The notes: generated from the letters alone by a model not told the origin. 64,000 nt of DNA from Patescibacteria group bacterium (GCA_041661385.1 JBAZUP010000001.1:640907-704906), one strand, 5' to 3'; counted from the first letter of the stretch, positions 17,668-28,558 are shown. Numbers and translations: made by a program.

Positions 17668-17797
17668 TGGAAGCCGAGGGGAATCGCACTGCTCGGCCTT
17701 CGGCCTGCGCTTTGAGAAACCGTTCGGGTTTCTCAATACTCATCCTCAGCAAGTAAGAGGGCTCGCTGCCCTCTTACCATCTCCCCGTGCGATTCCC
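17668..17797 (-). ncRNA. tRNA-linked structured element, copy 3
   Basis: GGGAATCGCAC...GTGCGATTCCC closing helix; TTGCTGAGGATGAG; TTGAGAAACCCGAACGGTTTCTCAA. Confidence 0.75.
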
Positions 17798-17843
17798 AGA
17801 CACAAATAAAAAGATACCTTTTATAAAGGTATCTTTTTATTTG

Positions 17844-17915
17844 AGGCCCGAGTGGGAATCGCACCCACGCATAGGGGTTTTGCAGACCCCTGCCTTACTG
17901 CTTGGCTATCGGGCC
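17844..17915 (-). tRNA. tRNA-Cys(GCA)
   Basis: GGCCCGA acceptor, loop CTGCAAA, U73 discriminator; T-loop TGCGATT. Confidence 0.94.
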
Positions 17916-17970
17916 AATTTTTTTAACTTTAAACAAGACTATCACAAAAACATCTTTTTTTCAAGCCTTA

Positions 17971-19290
17971 CTACCTGGTATATTTAAGCGGGTTAGCTCT
18001 TGCGCCATTAATAATAATTTCAAAGTGTGAATGAATACCAGTAACACCCCTAACTTTGCCGGTATTTCCCATAAGCGCGATCGTCTGTCCAGCATCAACC
18101 AAGTCACCCGGCGAAACCAAAAGCTTTGAATTGTGGCCATACAAAGATTTTACACCATCACCATGATCAATAATAATGTAACATCCGTAACCGCTATTCC
18201 AACCACATTGCGAAGTTAGAACTACACCGGACTTCGTAGCATAAATTGGTGATTGCCAAGGACCGCCGATATCAATGGCGTGGTGGGTGAAACCATAATA
18301 TTGCGTTATGGTGTGAGCAGAGCTTGGCCAAATAAATCCAGACAAAGACGGTGCAGATCTTGAGCTTGGCGGTGTTGGCACACGTGACGCTGATTGAGTT
18401 ACTCTTCGCACTACCGCAACCTGAGTTACCTGCGCTTTAACTCCGTTTGGCACCGCGATTCGCTCGCCAACCTTCATGTCGCTGCCGTCCGGCTTAAGAT
18501 TATTAAATTCCACAATTTCTTCAGCCTTACCGCCATATAATTTAGCAATTTTCCCCAGCGTATCTCCTTTTTTTACTGTATGCATTACTCCATCAGTTGG
18601 AGGAATATTCAAAACATCCCCCGGTCTTAACACAGAACGAAGCACCAAACCATTGTTCCACATGATAGTAGAAACACTGAGCCCAAAATCATAAGCAATA
18701 CTGCTCAACGAATCTCCTTGTTGAATGGTGTATTTTTCTTCCGTCTGACGTTTCGCGGTTGAAACCCCTCCCGAAATTAAGCCTGGCCGACTAATAGCGG
18801 AACCGCCAGCAATTGGCGCGCCTAAATAATAAATTTCATCCGTTGTCTGTCCGGCCGGCGCTAACTCAGAAATAGATATCGCGCCAGTCTTCCATGAATA
18901 ACTACTTACCGCGCTCTGGTTAGTCGGAGCAAATTCTTCTTCTAATTGAATTTCGTCGGATTCTCCGACCAGAGCATAAGCAAGCGTTTTTTGACCAACA
19001 TATGAAAGATCTTTTTTCCCGGAAATTTTTGTTTGTCCAATAGTAGTCAAAAACAGGGCAACAAAAATTATTACTTGGATAAAATCTCGCTTCCACACCC
19101 ATTCATTGCTTTGAGCAACACCAATTTTTTTAAGAAAAAAACCTATTCTAAGGCGAAGATGAATAATGTTTTGGGTAATTATTCCGGTTACAAAGCCAAT
19201 AACAAAATAAAGGCCGGATCCAACCCGCCAAAAAAATCTCTTTACATAGACCAAAAACTGCAAAAATTTTAACAGTACCCGGTATTTCAT
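17971..19290 (-). CDS. LysM x2 / M23 peptidase
   Basis: YTIQQGDSLSSIA, HTVKKGDTLGKIA; HHAID, YGH, HSHFE. Confidence 0.92.
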   Translation of the reverse strand: MKYRVLLKFLQFLVYVKRFFWRVGSGLYFVIGFVTGIITQNIIHLRLRIGFFLKKIGVAQSNEWVWKRDFIQVIIFVALFLTTIGQTKISGKKDLSYVGQKTLAYALVGESDEIQLEEEFAPTNQSAVSSYSWKTGAISISELAPAGQTTDEIYYLGAPIAGGSAISRPGLISGGVSTAKRQTEEKYTIQQGDSLSSIAYDFGLSVSTIMWNNGLVLRSVLRPGDVLNIPPTDGVMHTVKKGDTLGKIAKLYGGKAEEIVEFNNLKPDGSDMKVGERIAVPNGVKAQVTQVAVVRRVTQSASRVPTPPSSRSAPSLSGFIWPSSAHTITQYYGFTHHAIDIGGPWQSPIYATKSGVVLTSQCGWNSGYGCYIIIDHGDGVKSLYGHNSKLLVSPGDLVDAGQTIALMGNTGKVRGVTGIHSHFEIIINGARANPLKYTR

Positions 19291-19370
19291 ATCTTGACTG
19301 AAACCTTATCTTAGCATAATATAGTGTTCAAATCAACCCTATTTATTTAATTATTTTAACCAGTATAAGT

Positions 19371-21356
19371 ATGGACATTGTGGTTTACACCGCTATTGTA
19401 CCTGCCCTACTCGCGATTTTGTATGGCGGTATTTTAATTCGTTGGATTCTTCGTCTTCCAACCGGAGACGAGCGCATGCAAGCTATATCGCGCGCTATTC
19501 AAGAGGGCGCCCAAGCTTTTTTGAAACGCCAATATACGACTATAGGCATCGTTGCTGCGATACTTTTTCCAATTATCGGACTTTGGGTTGATTGGATTAC
19601 CGCTTTTGGTTTCTTAACCGGAGCAGTCTTTTCCGGAGCAGCTGGTATTATTGGTATGAATGTTTCTGTTCGAGCCAATGTTCGTACTACCGAAGCGGCC
19701 AAAAAAGGTTTCAAAGAAGCCCTTCAAGTAGCAGTGCGCGGCGGTTCCATCACCGGAATGCTTGTCGCCGGACTTGGTCTTTTGTCAGTTGCCGGTTTTT
19801 ATTTAATTACTAAAGATGTTTCCGCCCTAATTGGTCTTGGCTTCGGCGGAAGTTTAATTTCGGTTTTTGCCCGTATTGGCGGTGGTATTTATACCAAAGC
19901 CGCTGACGTCGGCGCTGATCTAGTTGGTAAAGTTGAAAAAGGTATTCCTGAAGACGACCCACGCAACCCCGCCGTTATTGCCGACAATGTCGGAGATAAT
20001 GTTGGAGATTGCGCTGGTATGGCCGCGGATCTTTTTGAGACCTATGCCATCACTATGATTGCCGCGATGGTTCTTGCAAATTTATTATTTCCTGCCAACA
20101 CAAAAATTCTTATCTATCCTTTAGTTCTCGGTGGAGCTTCACTCATCGCTTCGATTGCTGGAACTTTTGCGATTCGCCTTGGTAAAGATAAAAATGTCAT
20201 GGGCGCTCTTTATAAGGGCCTCCTTGCCGCCGGTGTTTTATCACTAATTGCTTTCTACCCAATTACCAACTGGCTCGCCTCGAGCACAACACTAAACCCA
20301 ACCAAATTATTTGGAACTGCTGTGGTTGGTTTGGTTTTGACCGCTATTATGGTTTGGCTAACTGAATATTACACCGCCACCAAATATGCTCCAGTTCGAC
20401 ATATCGCCAAAGCCAGCGTCACCGGTCATGGTACAAATGTTATCGCCGGTTTAGCTGTTTCAATGAAATCAACTGCCCTTCCAGTTATTGCGATTGTTGC
20501 TTCAATTTTAACTTCCTATTCTCTTGCTGGTATTTACGGCATTGCGGTCGCTGCGGTTTCCATGCTTTCTCTCGCGGGTATTATTATTACAATTGATGCC
20601 TATGGACCAATCACTGACAACGCGGGCGGCATCGCCGAAATGGCCGAGCTTCCAGAATCCGTGCGCGATATTACTGATCCGCTTGATGCGGTTGGTAACA
20701 CCACCAAAGCCGTTACTAAAGGTTATGCGATCGCGAGCGCCGGTCTTGCCTCACTCGTCTTGTTCGCGGATTTCACTCACAAAATTCCTTCCACAATAGT
20801 TTTCTCAATCAACGATCCAAAAGTTCTCTCCGGTTTATTTATTGGCGGTCTTCTCCCCTATTTGTTTGGCGCCATGCTAATGGAATCCGTCGGAAAGGTA
20901 GCTCAAAAAGTTGTCGAGGAAGTTCGCAGACAATTCAAAGAAATTCCGGGTATTATGGAAGGCAGCGCGAAACCAGATTACAGCAAAGCCTCAGATATCG
21001 TTACCCGTGACGCACTTCGCCAAATGATCGTTCCGTCTTTACTTCCAATCGTGGTGCCAATTTTAGTTGGCGCATTCCTTGGTATCGAAGCTCTTGGCGG
21101 ATTACTCGTTGGTACTATCGTTACCGGTCTTTTCGTCGCTATTTCCATGACCACCGGTGGTGGCGCTTGGGACAATGCTAAGAAATATATCGAACAAGGC
21201 AATCACGGTGGCAAGGGTTCTTTTGCCCACCAGGCTGCTGTTACCGGTGACACGGTAGGTGATCCATACAAGGACACTGCTGGCCCCTCCATTAACCCAA
21301 TGATTAAGGTTGCAAACATTGTCGCTTTGCTTATCGTTGGATTACTGTTAAAATAA
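19371..21356 (+). CDS. hppA: membrane-bound H+-translocating pyrophosphatase (K+-independent type)
   Basis: [45 protein letters not shown]. Confidence 0.95.
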   Translation: MDIVVYTAIVPALLAILYGGILIRWILRLPTGDERMQAISRAIQEGAQAFLKRQYTTIGIVAAILFPIIGLWVDWITAFGFLTGAVFSGAAGIIGMNVSVRANVRTTEAAKKGFKEALQVAVRGGSITGMLVAGLGLLSVAGFYLITKDVSALIGLGFGGSLISVFARIGGGIYTKAADVGADLVGKVEKGIPEDDPRNPAVIADNVGDNVGDCAGMAADLFETYAITMIAAMVLANLLFPANTKILIYPLVLGGASLIASIAGTFAIRLGKDKNVMGALYKGLLAAGVLSLIAFYPITNWLASSTTLNPTKLFGTAVVGLVLTAIMVWLTEYYTATKYAPVRHIAKASVTGHGTNVIAGLAVSMKSTALPVIAIVASILTSYSLAGIYGIAVAAVSMLSLAGIIITIDAYGPITDNAGGIAEMAELPESVRDITDPLDAVGNTTKAVTKGYAIASAGLASLVLFADFTHKIPSTIVFSINDPKVLSGLFIGGLLPYLFGAMLMESVGKVAQKVVEEVRRQFKEIPGIMEGSAKPDYSKASDIVTRDALRQMIVPSLLPIVVPILVGAFLGIEALGGLLVGTIVTGLFVAISMTTGGGAWDNAKKYIEQGNHGGKGSFAHQAAVTGDTVGDPYKDTAGPSINPMIKVANIVALLIVGLLLK

Positions 21357-21464
21357 ACGGTATACTGCCGTTTGAAATTACGTCGCTCTCCCCAAATAAA
21401 AACACACTTTTACTTGCGGGTTCGCTAGCAATTATAAACTGGTTACTAAACTAATCTAAATCGT

Positions 21465-22028
21465 ATGTCACCAGAACGACCCGGCTTTCGCCCCCCGGAA
21501 ATGAATGACAACCCCAAACCGACGACGGAAGAAATTAAGAACGATGGTTGGCTTGGAAAAATCAGAAAAACTATGGGAGAAAAAATTGCTTTAGCTGGCC
21601 TAGTTGGAACGCTTGCCGGCTCCCCAGAGTCTGCAGAAGCCCAGCCTCAAAAAAATAAAGCTGAACACTCTCATAGACTCAAGGCTTATGATGGTCCGGT
21701 TCTCATAAATGTAAACGCTGAAAAAGAGTACGCCGCGAGACATAAAAAATATCAACAACTCTCAAATCCTGATCAGGCCGAATTGGAAGATCGAATCCAA
21801 ACGGAAAAATCAAATACGCGCGAGCTCGAGCATTTTATTAAAGAAATAAAGAAATCCCATCCTGGAAAAGAAGGCCAAGCAATAATCAACGAACTTCTTA
21901 ATATTACCGGATCAACTGTCGATGGTTCAGGCACAGTTACAAGTACTGTAATGGATGCTTTTGAAGCCCAATACTTAATCAGAAACCACTCGAAGTTTTA
22001 TAAAGTTACCCTGGAATCAGCCAAATAA
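21465..22028 (+). CDS. hypothetical protein
   Basis: Clean ORF with an internal hydrophobic segment, followed by a terminator hairpin near 22047-22075. Confidence 0.7.
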   Translation: MSPERPGFRPPEMNDNPKPTTEEIKNDGWLGKIRKTMGEKIALAGLVGTLAGSPESAEAQPQKNKAEHSHRLKAYDGPVLINVNAEKEYAARHKKYQQLSNPDQAELEDRIQTEKSNTRELEHFIKEIKKSHPGKEGQAIINELLNITGSTVDGSGTVTSTVMDAFEAQYLIRNHSKFYKVTLESAK

Positions 22029-22119
22029 ATTATATAATTCGAAATCAAAGTCAGCCCGCTCGGGTTGACTTTTTGTTTTACTTACGCTAAACTCCGTTCA
22101 TAATTTTATTATTCTATTT

Positions 22120-23403
22120 ATGTCTTACGAAGTAAAAAAACTCGACAAATCACAGCTTGAACTTACTTTCACCGTTACCCCAGCTGAATATCAAAAAGAT
22201 ATTGAGGGGGCCGCCGTACGCCTGTCCGAACGCGCTGCCATCAAAGGCTTTCGACCTGGCAAAGCACCATATGAAATAGTTAAACAACAGGTCGGTGAGC
22301 TTAAAATACTTGAGGAAGCAGCTGAGAAAATAGTTCAACGCCTTTATTTTGAAGCAATCAAAACCGAAAAGGCCGCCGCTATCGGCATGCCACAAATTCA
22401 TGTGGAAAAACTTGCACCTGGTAATGATTTTGTGTTTACCGCAACCGTTGCGCTTTTACCGAACGTAAAGCTGCCGGATTTAAAAACCATCTCTGTTAAA
22501 TCTGAACTAAAGGTCGCCGGCGATAAAGATGTAGACGAGGCCCTTGGTCATATTCAAAAAATGCAGCCTAAAGAGGAGCCAAAAGACGGCCCAGCGACTA
22601 AAGACGATAAAATGACGATTGATATGCAGATGTTCCTTGACCGAGTGCCGGTTGAAGGCGGACAGGCAAAAAACCACCAAGTTTACCTTTCGGAGGCCCA
22701 CTATATCCCGGGTCTTGCTGAACAGCTGGTTGGCCTCAAAAAAGCCGATACCAAAGAATTTAGCCTTCCTTTCCCAAAAGAACACTATCAAAAACACTTA
22801 GCCGGAAAAGTAATTGATTTTAAAATTTCGGTTAATGATGTTTACTCTCTTACATACGCGACGCTTGACGATGAATTTGCAAAAACTCTCGGCCAAGAAA
22901 GTCTTGCCAAACTAAAAGAGTTACTGCTTGCAAATATTTCGCGTGAAAATGAAGAACGCGAAAAGCGCCGTTTTGAAGAAGCGTTACTCGAACAGATTAT
23001 TGAAAAGAGCAAGTTTGACGAATTACCAACCTTACTTGTTGATTCAGAAAAGAAAAAAATGTTTTTTGAATTGAAACATGATTTACAACGACGCGGTATT
23101 GAAATGGACAAATATCTTTCTGATATAAAAAAATCTGAGGAACAAATTTATAAAGATTTTGCGGAAGGTGCCGACAAGCGTGCCCGCGCCGCACTGGTCT
23201 CTAGACAGGTCGCTGTAGAAAACAATATTTCTGTTTCAAAAGAAGAACTGGAAAAAGAAATTGCTGAAATTAAACTTGCTTACCCTGGCGACGTTAATGT
23301 CGAAGAAAATTTAAAACGACCGGAAGTTTTAGAAACCGTCGCTTCAACTGTTCAAAACCGTAAAGTGGTGGACTTTCTGCGAGCTGCAGTATCAAAAAAA
23401 TAG
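22120..23403 (+). CDS. tig: trigger factor
   Basis: IKGFRPGKAP ribosome-binding loop; FKBP-like domain. Confidence 0.96.
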   Translation: MSYEVKKLDKSQLELTFTVTPAEYQKDIEGAAVRLSERAAIKGFRPGKAPYEIVKQQVGELKILEEAAEKIVQRLYFEAIKTEKAAAIGMPQIHVEKLAPGNDFVFTATVALLPNVKLPDLKTISVKSELKVAGDKDVDEALGHIQKMQPKEEPKDGPATKDDKMTIDMQMFLDRVPVEGGQAKNHQVYLSEAHYIPGLAEQLVGLKKADTKEFSLPFPKEHYQKHLAGKVIDFKISVNDVYSLTYATLDDEFAKTLGQESLAKLKELLLANISRENEEREKRRFEEALLEQIIEKSKFDELPTLLVDSEKKKMFFELKHDLQRRGIEMDKYLSDIKKSEEQIYKDFAEGADKRARAALVSRQVAVENNISVSKEELEKEIAEIKLAYPGDVNVEENLKRPEVLETVASTVQNRKVVDFLRAAVSKK

Positions 23404-23475
23404 TTTACAAAGACACCCCTAAGCCGGGTGTCTTTTTTTTTGCCTTGTTGTATACTATATCAATAGTATTACCCT

Positions 23476-24318
23476 ATGCTTTTTGGTGCTCATGTATCCA
23501 TTGCCGGCGGCATTTTCAACGCCCCGTTAAACGCCGCACAAATTGGTGCGGAAGTTTTTCAAATTTTCTCGCGCTCGCCTCACGGTGGTAAACCCTCCCC
23601 GCTTACACCTTCTGTTTTAAGCTTGTTTAAGCAAAATCTTGCCCTCACCGGTATTCCAGAGTTTTATATTCATACCCCCTACTTTATTAACTTTTCCTCG
23701 AACACAAAACGTATTCAATATGGGTCGATCTCCGTAGTACGCGGCGAACTTGAGCGCGCGACCCTGCTTGGAGCAAAATATGTCATGACCCACCTTGGCA
23801 GCTATAAAGACTTAGGTAAAACGACCGGACTAAAACAAACAATTGAGGGGTTTGAAAAAGTTTTAAAAGGATATCAAGGTACTGCTGAACTGCTCATTGA
23901 AAATTCGGCCGGCGCCGGTGATGTTGCTGGTGATACTTTTGAAGAAATTGCTGAAATTATTTTTGATAAAAAACTTGCTAAATATAAAATTGGCGTTTGT
24001 TACGACACACAGCATGCTTTTGCTAGCGGCTACGACGAGCGTACCGGTGAAGCGGTTAAAAATACTTTTAATAAGTTTGATAAAGAAATTGGTTTGAATA
24101 AAATAAAATTATTTCACTGCAATGATTCTCTGGTTGAGTTCGGTCACAAAACTGATCGCCACGAACATATCGGTAAAGGAAAAATTGGCGCGGCTGGTTT
24201 TGAAGAAATATTTAAATTTTTTAAAAAGAACAAAGTGAATTATATTTTAGAAACAAAACCGGATTTTATTGGTGAGGATTTATCGCTTGTGAAAAGTTTA
24301 CGTGCAAAACTTTTATGA
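23476..24318 (+). CDS. nfo: endonuclease IV
   Basis: GAHVSIAGG, HTPYFIN, CYDTQHAF, HCNDS, DRHEHIG. Confidence 0.96.
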   Translation: MLFGAHVSIAGGIFNAPLNAAQIGAEVFQIFSRSPHGGKPSPLTPSVLSLFKQNLALTGIPEFYIHTPYFINFSSNTKRIQYGSISVVRGELERATLLGAKYVMTHLGSYKDLGKTTGLKQTIEGFEKVLKGYQGTAELLIENSAGAGDVAGDTFEEIAEIIFDKKLAKYKIGVCYDTQHAFASGYDERTGEAVKNTFNKFDKEIGLNKIKLFHCNDSLVEFGHKTDRHEHIGKGKIGAAGFEEIFKFFKKNKVNYILETKPDFIGEDLSLVKSLRAKLL

Positions 24319-24536
24319 TTTTAACTGTAAAAATTTCTCCTCGTTCTTCTCGAAATGAAATTAAAAAAAACTTGGACGGCTCACTTAAGATTTACTTAAC
24401 CTCCGCACCCGTCGACAATAAGGCGAACGAGGCTTTAATAAAAATGCTCGCCGAATATTTTGAGGTTGGAAAAACTAAAATAAAAATTGTCCGGGGCCGG
24501 ACAAGTAAAAACAAAACTATTGAGATCCTTATTTAA
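24315..24536 (+). CDS. DUF167/UPF0235 protein
   Basis: SAPVDNKANEALIKMLA..F...GRTSKNK. Confidence 0.9.
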   Translation: MILTVKISPRSSRNEIKKNLDGSLKIYLTSAPVDNKANEALIKMLAEYFEVGKTKIKIVRGRTSKNKTIEILI

Positions 24537-24804
24537 CCGGATCGTCTCCCCCTTTGTTCCACGGATTACATCGTAAAATTCTCCAAGCTGTTAATGGCAG
24601 GCCAACAATAAGGCCTTTTTTTAATATTGTTTGATACCCATATTCACTACAAGTTGGATTAAACCGGCACATTCCATATGGAAAAGCCGCTTTTAACAGC
24701 CCGTGATCGGGTGAAATGGTTTTTTGATATATTTTTATCAGAATCAGTACCGGCATCCTCGGTAAAAATATGATTTTATTAATTACTTGCTTAATTTTAG
24801 TCAT
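24529..24804 (-). CDS. yidD: membrane protein insertion efficiency factor
   Basis: YQKTISP, CRFNPTCSEY, RILRCNPW..GG.DPV. Confidence 0.95.
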   Translation of the reverse strand: MTKIKQVINKIIFLPRMPVLILIKIYQKTISPDHGLLKAAFPYGMCRFNPTCSEYGYQTILKKGLIVGLPLTAWRILRCNPWNKGGDDPVK

Positions 24805-25213
24805 TTATTAATTTTGATTTAATAAATAATAATTTTATTTCTTTGCTAATCTCAGCGAAAGGAATTATATGTTTTATATTTTTAATGGCTGTTTTTGGTA
24901 AATTCGGAACAATCAATATATAACCACCCTCTTCAATCAGTTTTTTTGTGATAAGGGGCTGAACAGCCTCGAAGATCTGTCGGCGTAGTTTATTTCGCTC
25001 AACTGCCTTTTTTGAATATTTTATACCCACCGAAACCGCTATTTTTAGCTGTTTATTAACTTTATCAAGATCTTTTTTTAAAATAATAATCTTGTTTATT
25101 TCGCTAAGCTTCAATAGTTTTAATGATAACTGTTCAGCTTTAAACCATCGTCCATGTTTTAAGACGATTTCGAAGTCGCGTTTTTTTGTCATTCTTAAAT
25201 TTTTTGGCAGCAT
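24797..25213 (-). CDS. rnpA: ribonuclease P protein component
   Basis: MLPK..R, KKAVERNKLRR; synteny with rpmH and yidD. Confidence 0.93.
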   Translation of the reverse strand: MLPKNLRMTKKRDFEIVLKHGRWFKAEQLSLKLLKLSEINKIIILKKDLDKVNKQLKIAVSVGIKYSKKAVERNKLRRQIFEAVQPLITKKLIEEGGYILIVPNLPKTAIKNIKHIIPFAEISKEIKLLFIKSKLIND

Positions 25214-25279
25214 GTCATTATTATACCTTGATTTCTCATAATTAAAAAACCCTCACTTGAGATGAGGGTTTTAGAAAGA

Positions 25280-25459
25280 TTAACTTCGGAAGCGGCGGAG
25301 TTTTCCGCGATTTTCATCTGAAACTGTAAGTTTCTTGCGACCCTTGGCGCGGCGACGAGCTAAAACAGTGCGGCCGTTTTTGGTTGCCATTCTCGACATG
25401 AAACCGTGTGCTCTTGCACGCTTGCGTTTCTTTGGCTGATAAGTTCGCTTTGTTGACAT
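25280..25459 (-). CDS. rpmH: 50S ribosomal protein L34 (59 aa; absent from ORF track)
   Basis: [59 protein letters not shown]. Confidence 0.96.
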   Translation of the reverse strand: MSTKRTYQPKKRKRARAHGFMSRMATKNGRTVLARRRAKGRKKLTVSDENRGKLRRFRS

Positions 25460-25559
25460 ATAACACTATTCAAATTAAAGTGTGTATATTCTACCTGAAG
25501 ACTTATGAAAAGTCAAGGGTGCCGATCATTCACACCTTTCTTTATAAAGCAAATAAAAG

Positions 25560-25599
25560 TTATCCACATTTTTGCTTTTTTATCCACATTTTATCCACC
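25560..25599 (+). promoter_or_regulatory. DnaA-box cluster upstream of dnaA
   Basis: TTATCCACA x2 (25560, 25580) and TTATCCACC (25591). Confidence 0.85.
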
Positions 25600-25686
25600 G
25601 ATAACTCATTTTTTTGTTTATTCTTAGCCAAAAAAATGTTATAATTTTTTCACTTTGTATATATTTGGCTAATTTTACGCAATATT

Positions 25687-27102
25687 ATGACAAACATTGA
25701 AGTCTGGCAGGCTGTTTTGGCCGAATTAGAGCTTTCTATCTCTAAAGCAAACTTTATTACTTGGTTTAAAAATACAGGAATTATCGCAAACCAGCAGGGT
25801 CAGGTGCTACTTTGTGTACCAAACGCCTTTACTAAGGCCTGGCTTGAAAAGAAATATCACGCCCAAATCGTGAAATCACTAGAACGAATTACCGGTAAAC
25901 CAATAAAAAAGGTAGAATACAAGATTGAAAATATCAAAAACGTTGCTGAACAAACGGAAAACGAACCGGTTTCTGACCTCAACCAAGCCACCCAGCAAAA
26001 AAGTGAAGCTTTTTCTCAAACTCCTTCATCTCCTAGTGAACCACTTACGCGCCCCCTTCCAGTCAATGGTGGTTTTTCAATCAATCCAAAATACACTTTT
26101 GAGAGTTTTGTTGTTGGTAAAGGCAGCGAACTTGCTTACGCGGCTGCCCAAGCAGTTACCTCAAGGCCTGGCGAGTCCTACAATCCATTATTTATATATG
26201 GCGGAGTTGGTCTTGGAAAAACTCACCTTATTCAAGCGGTAGGCAATGCGTTACTTAAGAAAAATCCTCGGATGAACATTATGTATGTTAGCGCGGAGAA
26301 ATTTTCTAATGATTTTATTTCTTCTATTAAAGAAGGTGCCGCCCGCGACTTTCAGAATCGTTATCGTCATATTGATTTGCTTCTTATTGACGATATTCAA
26401 TTTATCGCCGGTAAAGACCGAACTCAAGAATCTTTTTTCCACACCTTTAATGAACTCCACCAACAAAATAAACAGGTTATAATAACCTCCGATCGTCCAC
26501 CCAAAGCAATTCCAGCACTTGAGGATCGCCTTAAGTCGCGTTTTGAGTGGGGAATGATTGCCGATGTTTCAGCTCCTGATTTTGAAACCCGCACCGCGAT
26601 TTTAGAAAAAAAATGCACCGAAAAGAACTTTCCTTTACCAATTAAGATTTTGGAATTAATAGCGGTTACTATTCAAAGCAATATTCGTGAATTAGAGGGC
26701 GCTTTGAATAAAATTATCGTTTTTCACCAACTCAAGAACATTCCTCCTTCTCTAGAATCTGTTAAAGTCTTGTTGTCTAGCGCAACGTCTAATTCCGGTC
26801 GTCGTTCGCTTTCTCCAACTCAATTAATTGATGTGGTAGCAGACTTTTTTTCGCTAAGTAAAGAGGAATTAACCGGTAAAAAGCGAGAAAAAAAGATCTC
26901 TACACCAAGACAAATTATCATGTACTTGATGAGAGAAGAGTTAAAAATGTCTTACCCAGCAATAGGGGAGGAGCTTGGGGGGCGAGACCACACCACCGCG
27001 ATGCATGCACATGAGAAAATTAAAGACGATTTAGAGAAGTTTCCACAGGTTGGAAAAGACTTAAGTGAAATTAGACAGCGCTTGTTTGTTAATAACGTTT
27101 AA
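25687..27102 (+). CDS. dnaA: chromosomal replication initiator
   Basis: YNPLFIYGGVGLGKTHL, DDIQF, RELEGAL, GGRDHTT. Confidence 0.99.
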   Translation: MTNIEVWQAVLAELELSISKANFITWFKNTGIIANQQGQVLLCVPNAFTKAWLEKKYHAQIVKSLERITGKPIKKVEYKIENIKNVAEQTENEPVSDLNQATQQKSEAFSQTPSSPSEPLTRPLPVNGGFSINPKYTFESFVVGKGSELAYAAAQAVTSRPGESYNPLFIYGGVGLGKTHLIQAVGNALLKKNPRMNIMYVSAEKFSNDFISSIKEGAARDFQNRYRHIDLLLIDDIQFIAGKDRTQESFFHTFNELHQQNKQVIITSDRPPKAIPALEDRLKSRFEWGMIADVSAPDFETRTAILEKKCTEKNFPLPIKILELIAVTIQSNIRELEGALNKIIVFHQLKNIPPSLESVKVLLSSATSNSGRRSLSPTQLIDVVADFFSLSKEELTGKKREKKISTPRQIIMYLMREELKMSYPAIGEELGGRDHTTAMHAHEKIKDDLEKFPQVGKDLSEIRQRLFVNNV

Positions 27103-27388
27103 AATTTGTTAATAACACTGTTGATAAAGATGTTGATAAACTCTTAATAAGGCCAAATAATAATCCACAGTAGAAATTTTTTAAGACTTACTTATCCACA
27201 CTAAAAATATTTAATCTAACTTATCAACACTTAGACGATAAACTACTAACAAAAAATATTTTTTTTACCCACACGGTTTTCCGCTCTGATTAAAGTAAAT
27301 TTCGACTTATCCCACCTTTCCACACCCCTTATTATTATTAATTCAATATATATATAAATAATTAGTATACTATTAATAGACGTGTTGT
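27103..27388. other. oriC (dnaA-dnaN intergenic region)
   Basis: TTATCCACA at 27192 plus several degenerate boxes (TAATCCACA, TTATCAACA, TTACCCACA, TTTCCACA), then an AT-rich DUE-like tract. Confidence 0.85.
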
Positions 27389-28513
27389 ATGAAAATTTCT
27401 TGCACCAAAGAAAATCTAACACAGGCTCTTACATTGGTAAGTGGGGCGACTGGTAAAAATATTAACTTGCCAATTTTAAATAACATCCTAATTAAAGTTT
27501 CTGAAAACAAAACTGAATTTATAACAACAAATTTAGAACTTGCTGTAATAGTAGTGGTAAGAGCAAAAATAGAAGAAATTGGATCTTTTACTGTTCCTGC
27601 TAGAACCTTAACAGATATAGTTAATCTGTTACCAAATGAAAATATTCAATTTTCTGTTAAAGATAATGAATTAATAGTTACTTGTGGAAAATCATCAACA
27701 AAAATAAAAGGCACCCTAGCAGATGATTTCCCGATAATTCCATCTCTACCAACCGGAAAAGGGTATTTATTGAATGCGGTTTCTCTAAAACAGGGGCTTT
27801 CTGATGTTTTATCATCAGCGGCGAAAAATGATATTAGGCCTGAATTATCGGGTATTTTCTGTTATTTTGATACAAATGAAAAAAGAGTTGTTTTGGCCGC
27901 GACAGATAGTTATCGATTAGCTGAGAAAAAAATTAAATTAGAACAAGGAGATGAAGAATTAAAAATTATCATCCCCGCAAAAAGCGCCCAAGAAATTAAT
28001 CATTTACTTAATACAACCAGCGAAGAAGGAGAAAAAGAAAAAAACGCCAAAATTTTAGTAGGGGACAATCAAATTGTTGTTTCTTTTAATAATGCTCAAA
28101 TTATTTCGAGGCTAGTTGAGGGTCAATATCCGGATTATACACAAATCATCCCCAAAGACTTTAATATTATAATAACAGCTGATACAGAAAAATTTATTAA
28201 GGAAATGAAGGCGGCTGGTCTTTTTACTACAACCGGTGTAAATTCAATTGCATTAAATATAAAAGCAAAAACTGGTGTTGTGGAAATTTCATCAGTATCA
28301 AGCCAAACCGGTGAATATAAATCAGAATTGCAAACTGAAATAAAGGGCGGAGATGGAACGATTATGTTGAATAATAGATATGTACTTGATGGTTTAAATA
28401 ATTTTAACAGCGCCGAGTTACAGTTGAAAATAATAAATGCTGATAGTGCTTGTGTGATAACTCCAAAAGGAGATGAAAGTTATTTGTATATTGTAATGCC
28501 GATCCGACAATAA
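27389..28513 (+). CDS. dnaN: DNA polymerase III beta clamp
   Basis: ATDSYRLAE, GQYPDY, YIVMPIR. Confidence 0.97.
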   Translation: MKISCTKENLTQALTLVSGATGKNINLPILNNILIKVSENKTEFITTNLELAVIVVVRAKIEEIGSFTVPARTLTDIVNLLPNENIQFSVKDNELIVTCGKSSTKIKGTLADDFPIIPSLPTGKGYLLNAVSLKQGLSDVLSSAAKNDIRPELSGIFCYFDTNEKRVVLAATDSYRLAEKKIKLEQGDEELKIIIPAKSAQEINHLLNTTSEEGEKEKNAKILVGDNQIVVSFNNAQIISRLVEGQYPDYTQIIPKDFNIIITADTEKFIKEMKAAGLFTTTGVNSIALNIKAKTGVVEISSVSSQTGEYKSELQTEIKGGDGTIMLNNRYVLDGLNNFNSAELQLKIINADSACVITPKGDESYLYIVMPIRQ

Positions 28514-28558
28514 TTTATAAAAAAAACCGCCACGTGGCGGTTTTTTGTTTTATATTGT

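Noticed and set aside
16029-17915. Prophage or genomic island integrated at tRNA-Cys
   Set aside because: No integrase or phage genes. The duplicated tRNA end is only ~170 bp away, and the orphan genes lie outside it.
17606-17987. Short + strand ORFs (also 32547-32732)
   Set aside because: Antisense to tRNAs and tRNA-linked elements.
25408-25644. 78-aa ORF between rpmH and dnaA
   Set aside because: Overlaps rpmH antisense and the DnaA boxes; spurious.
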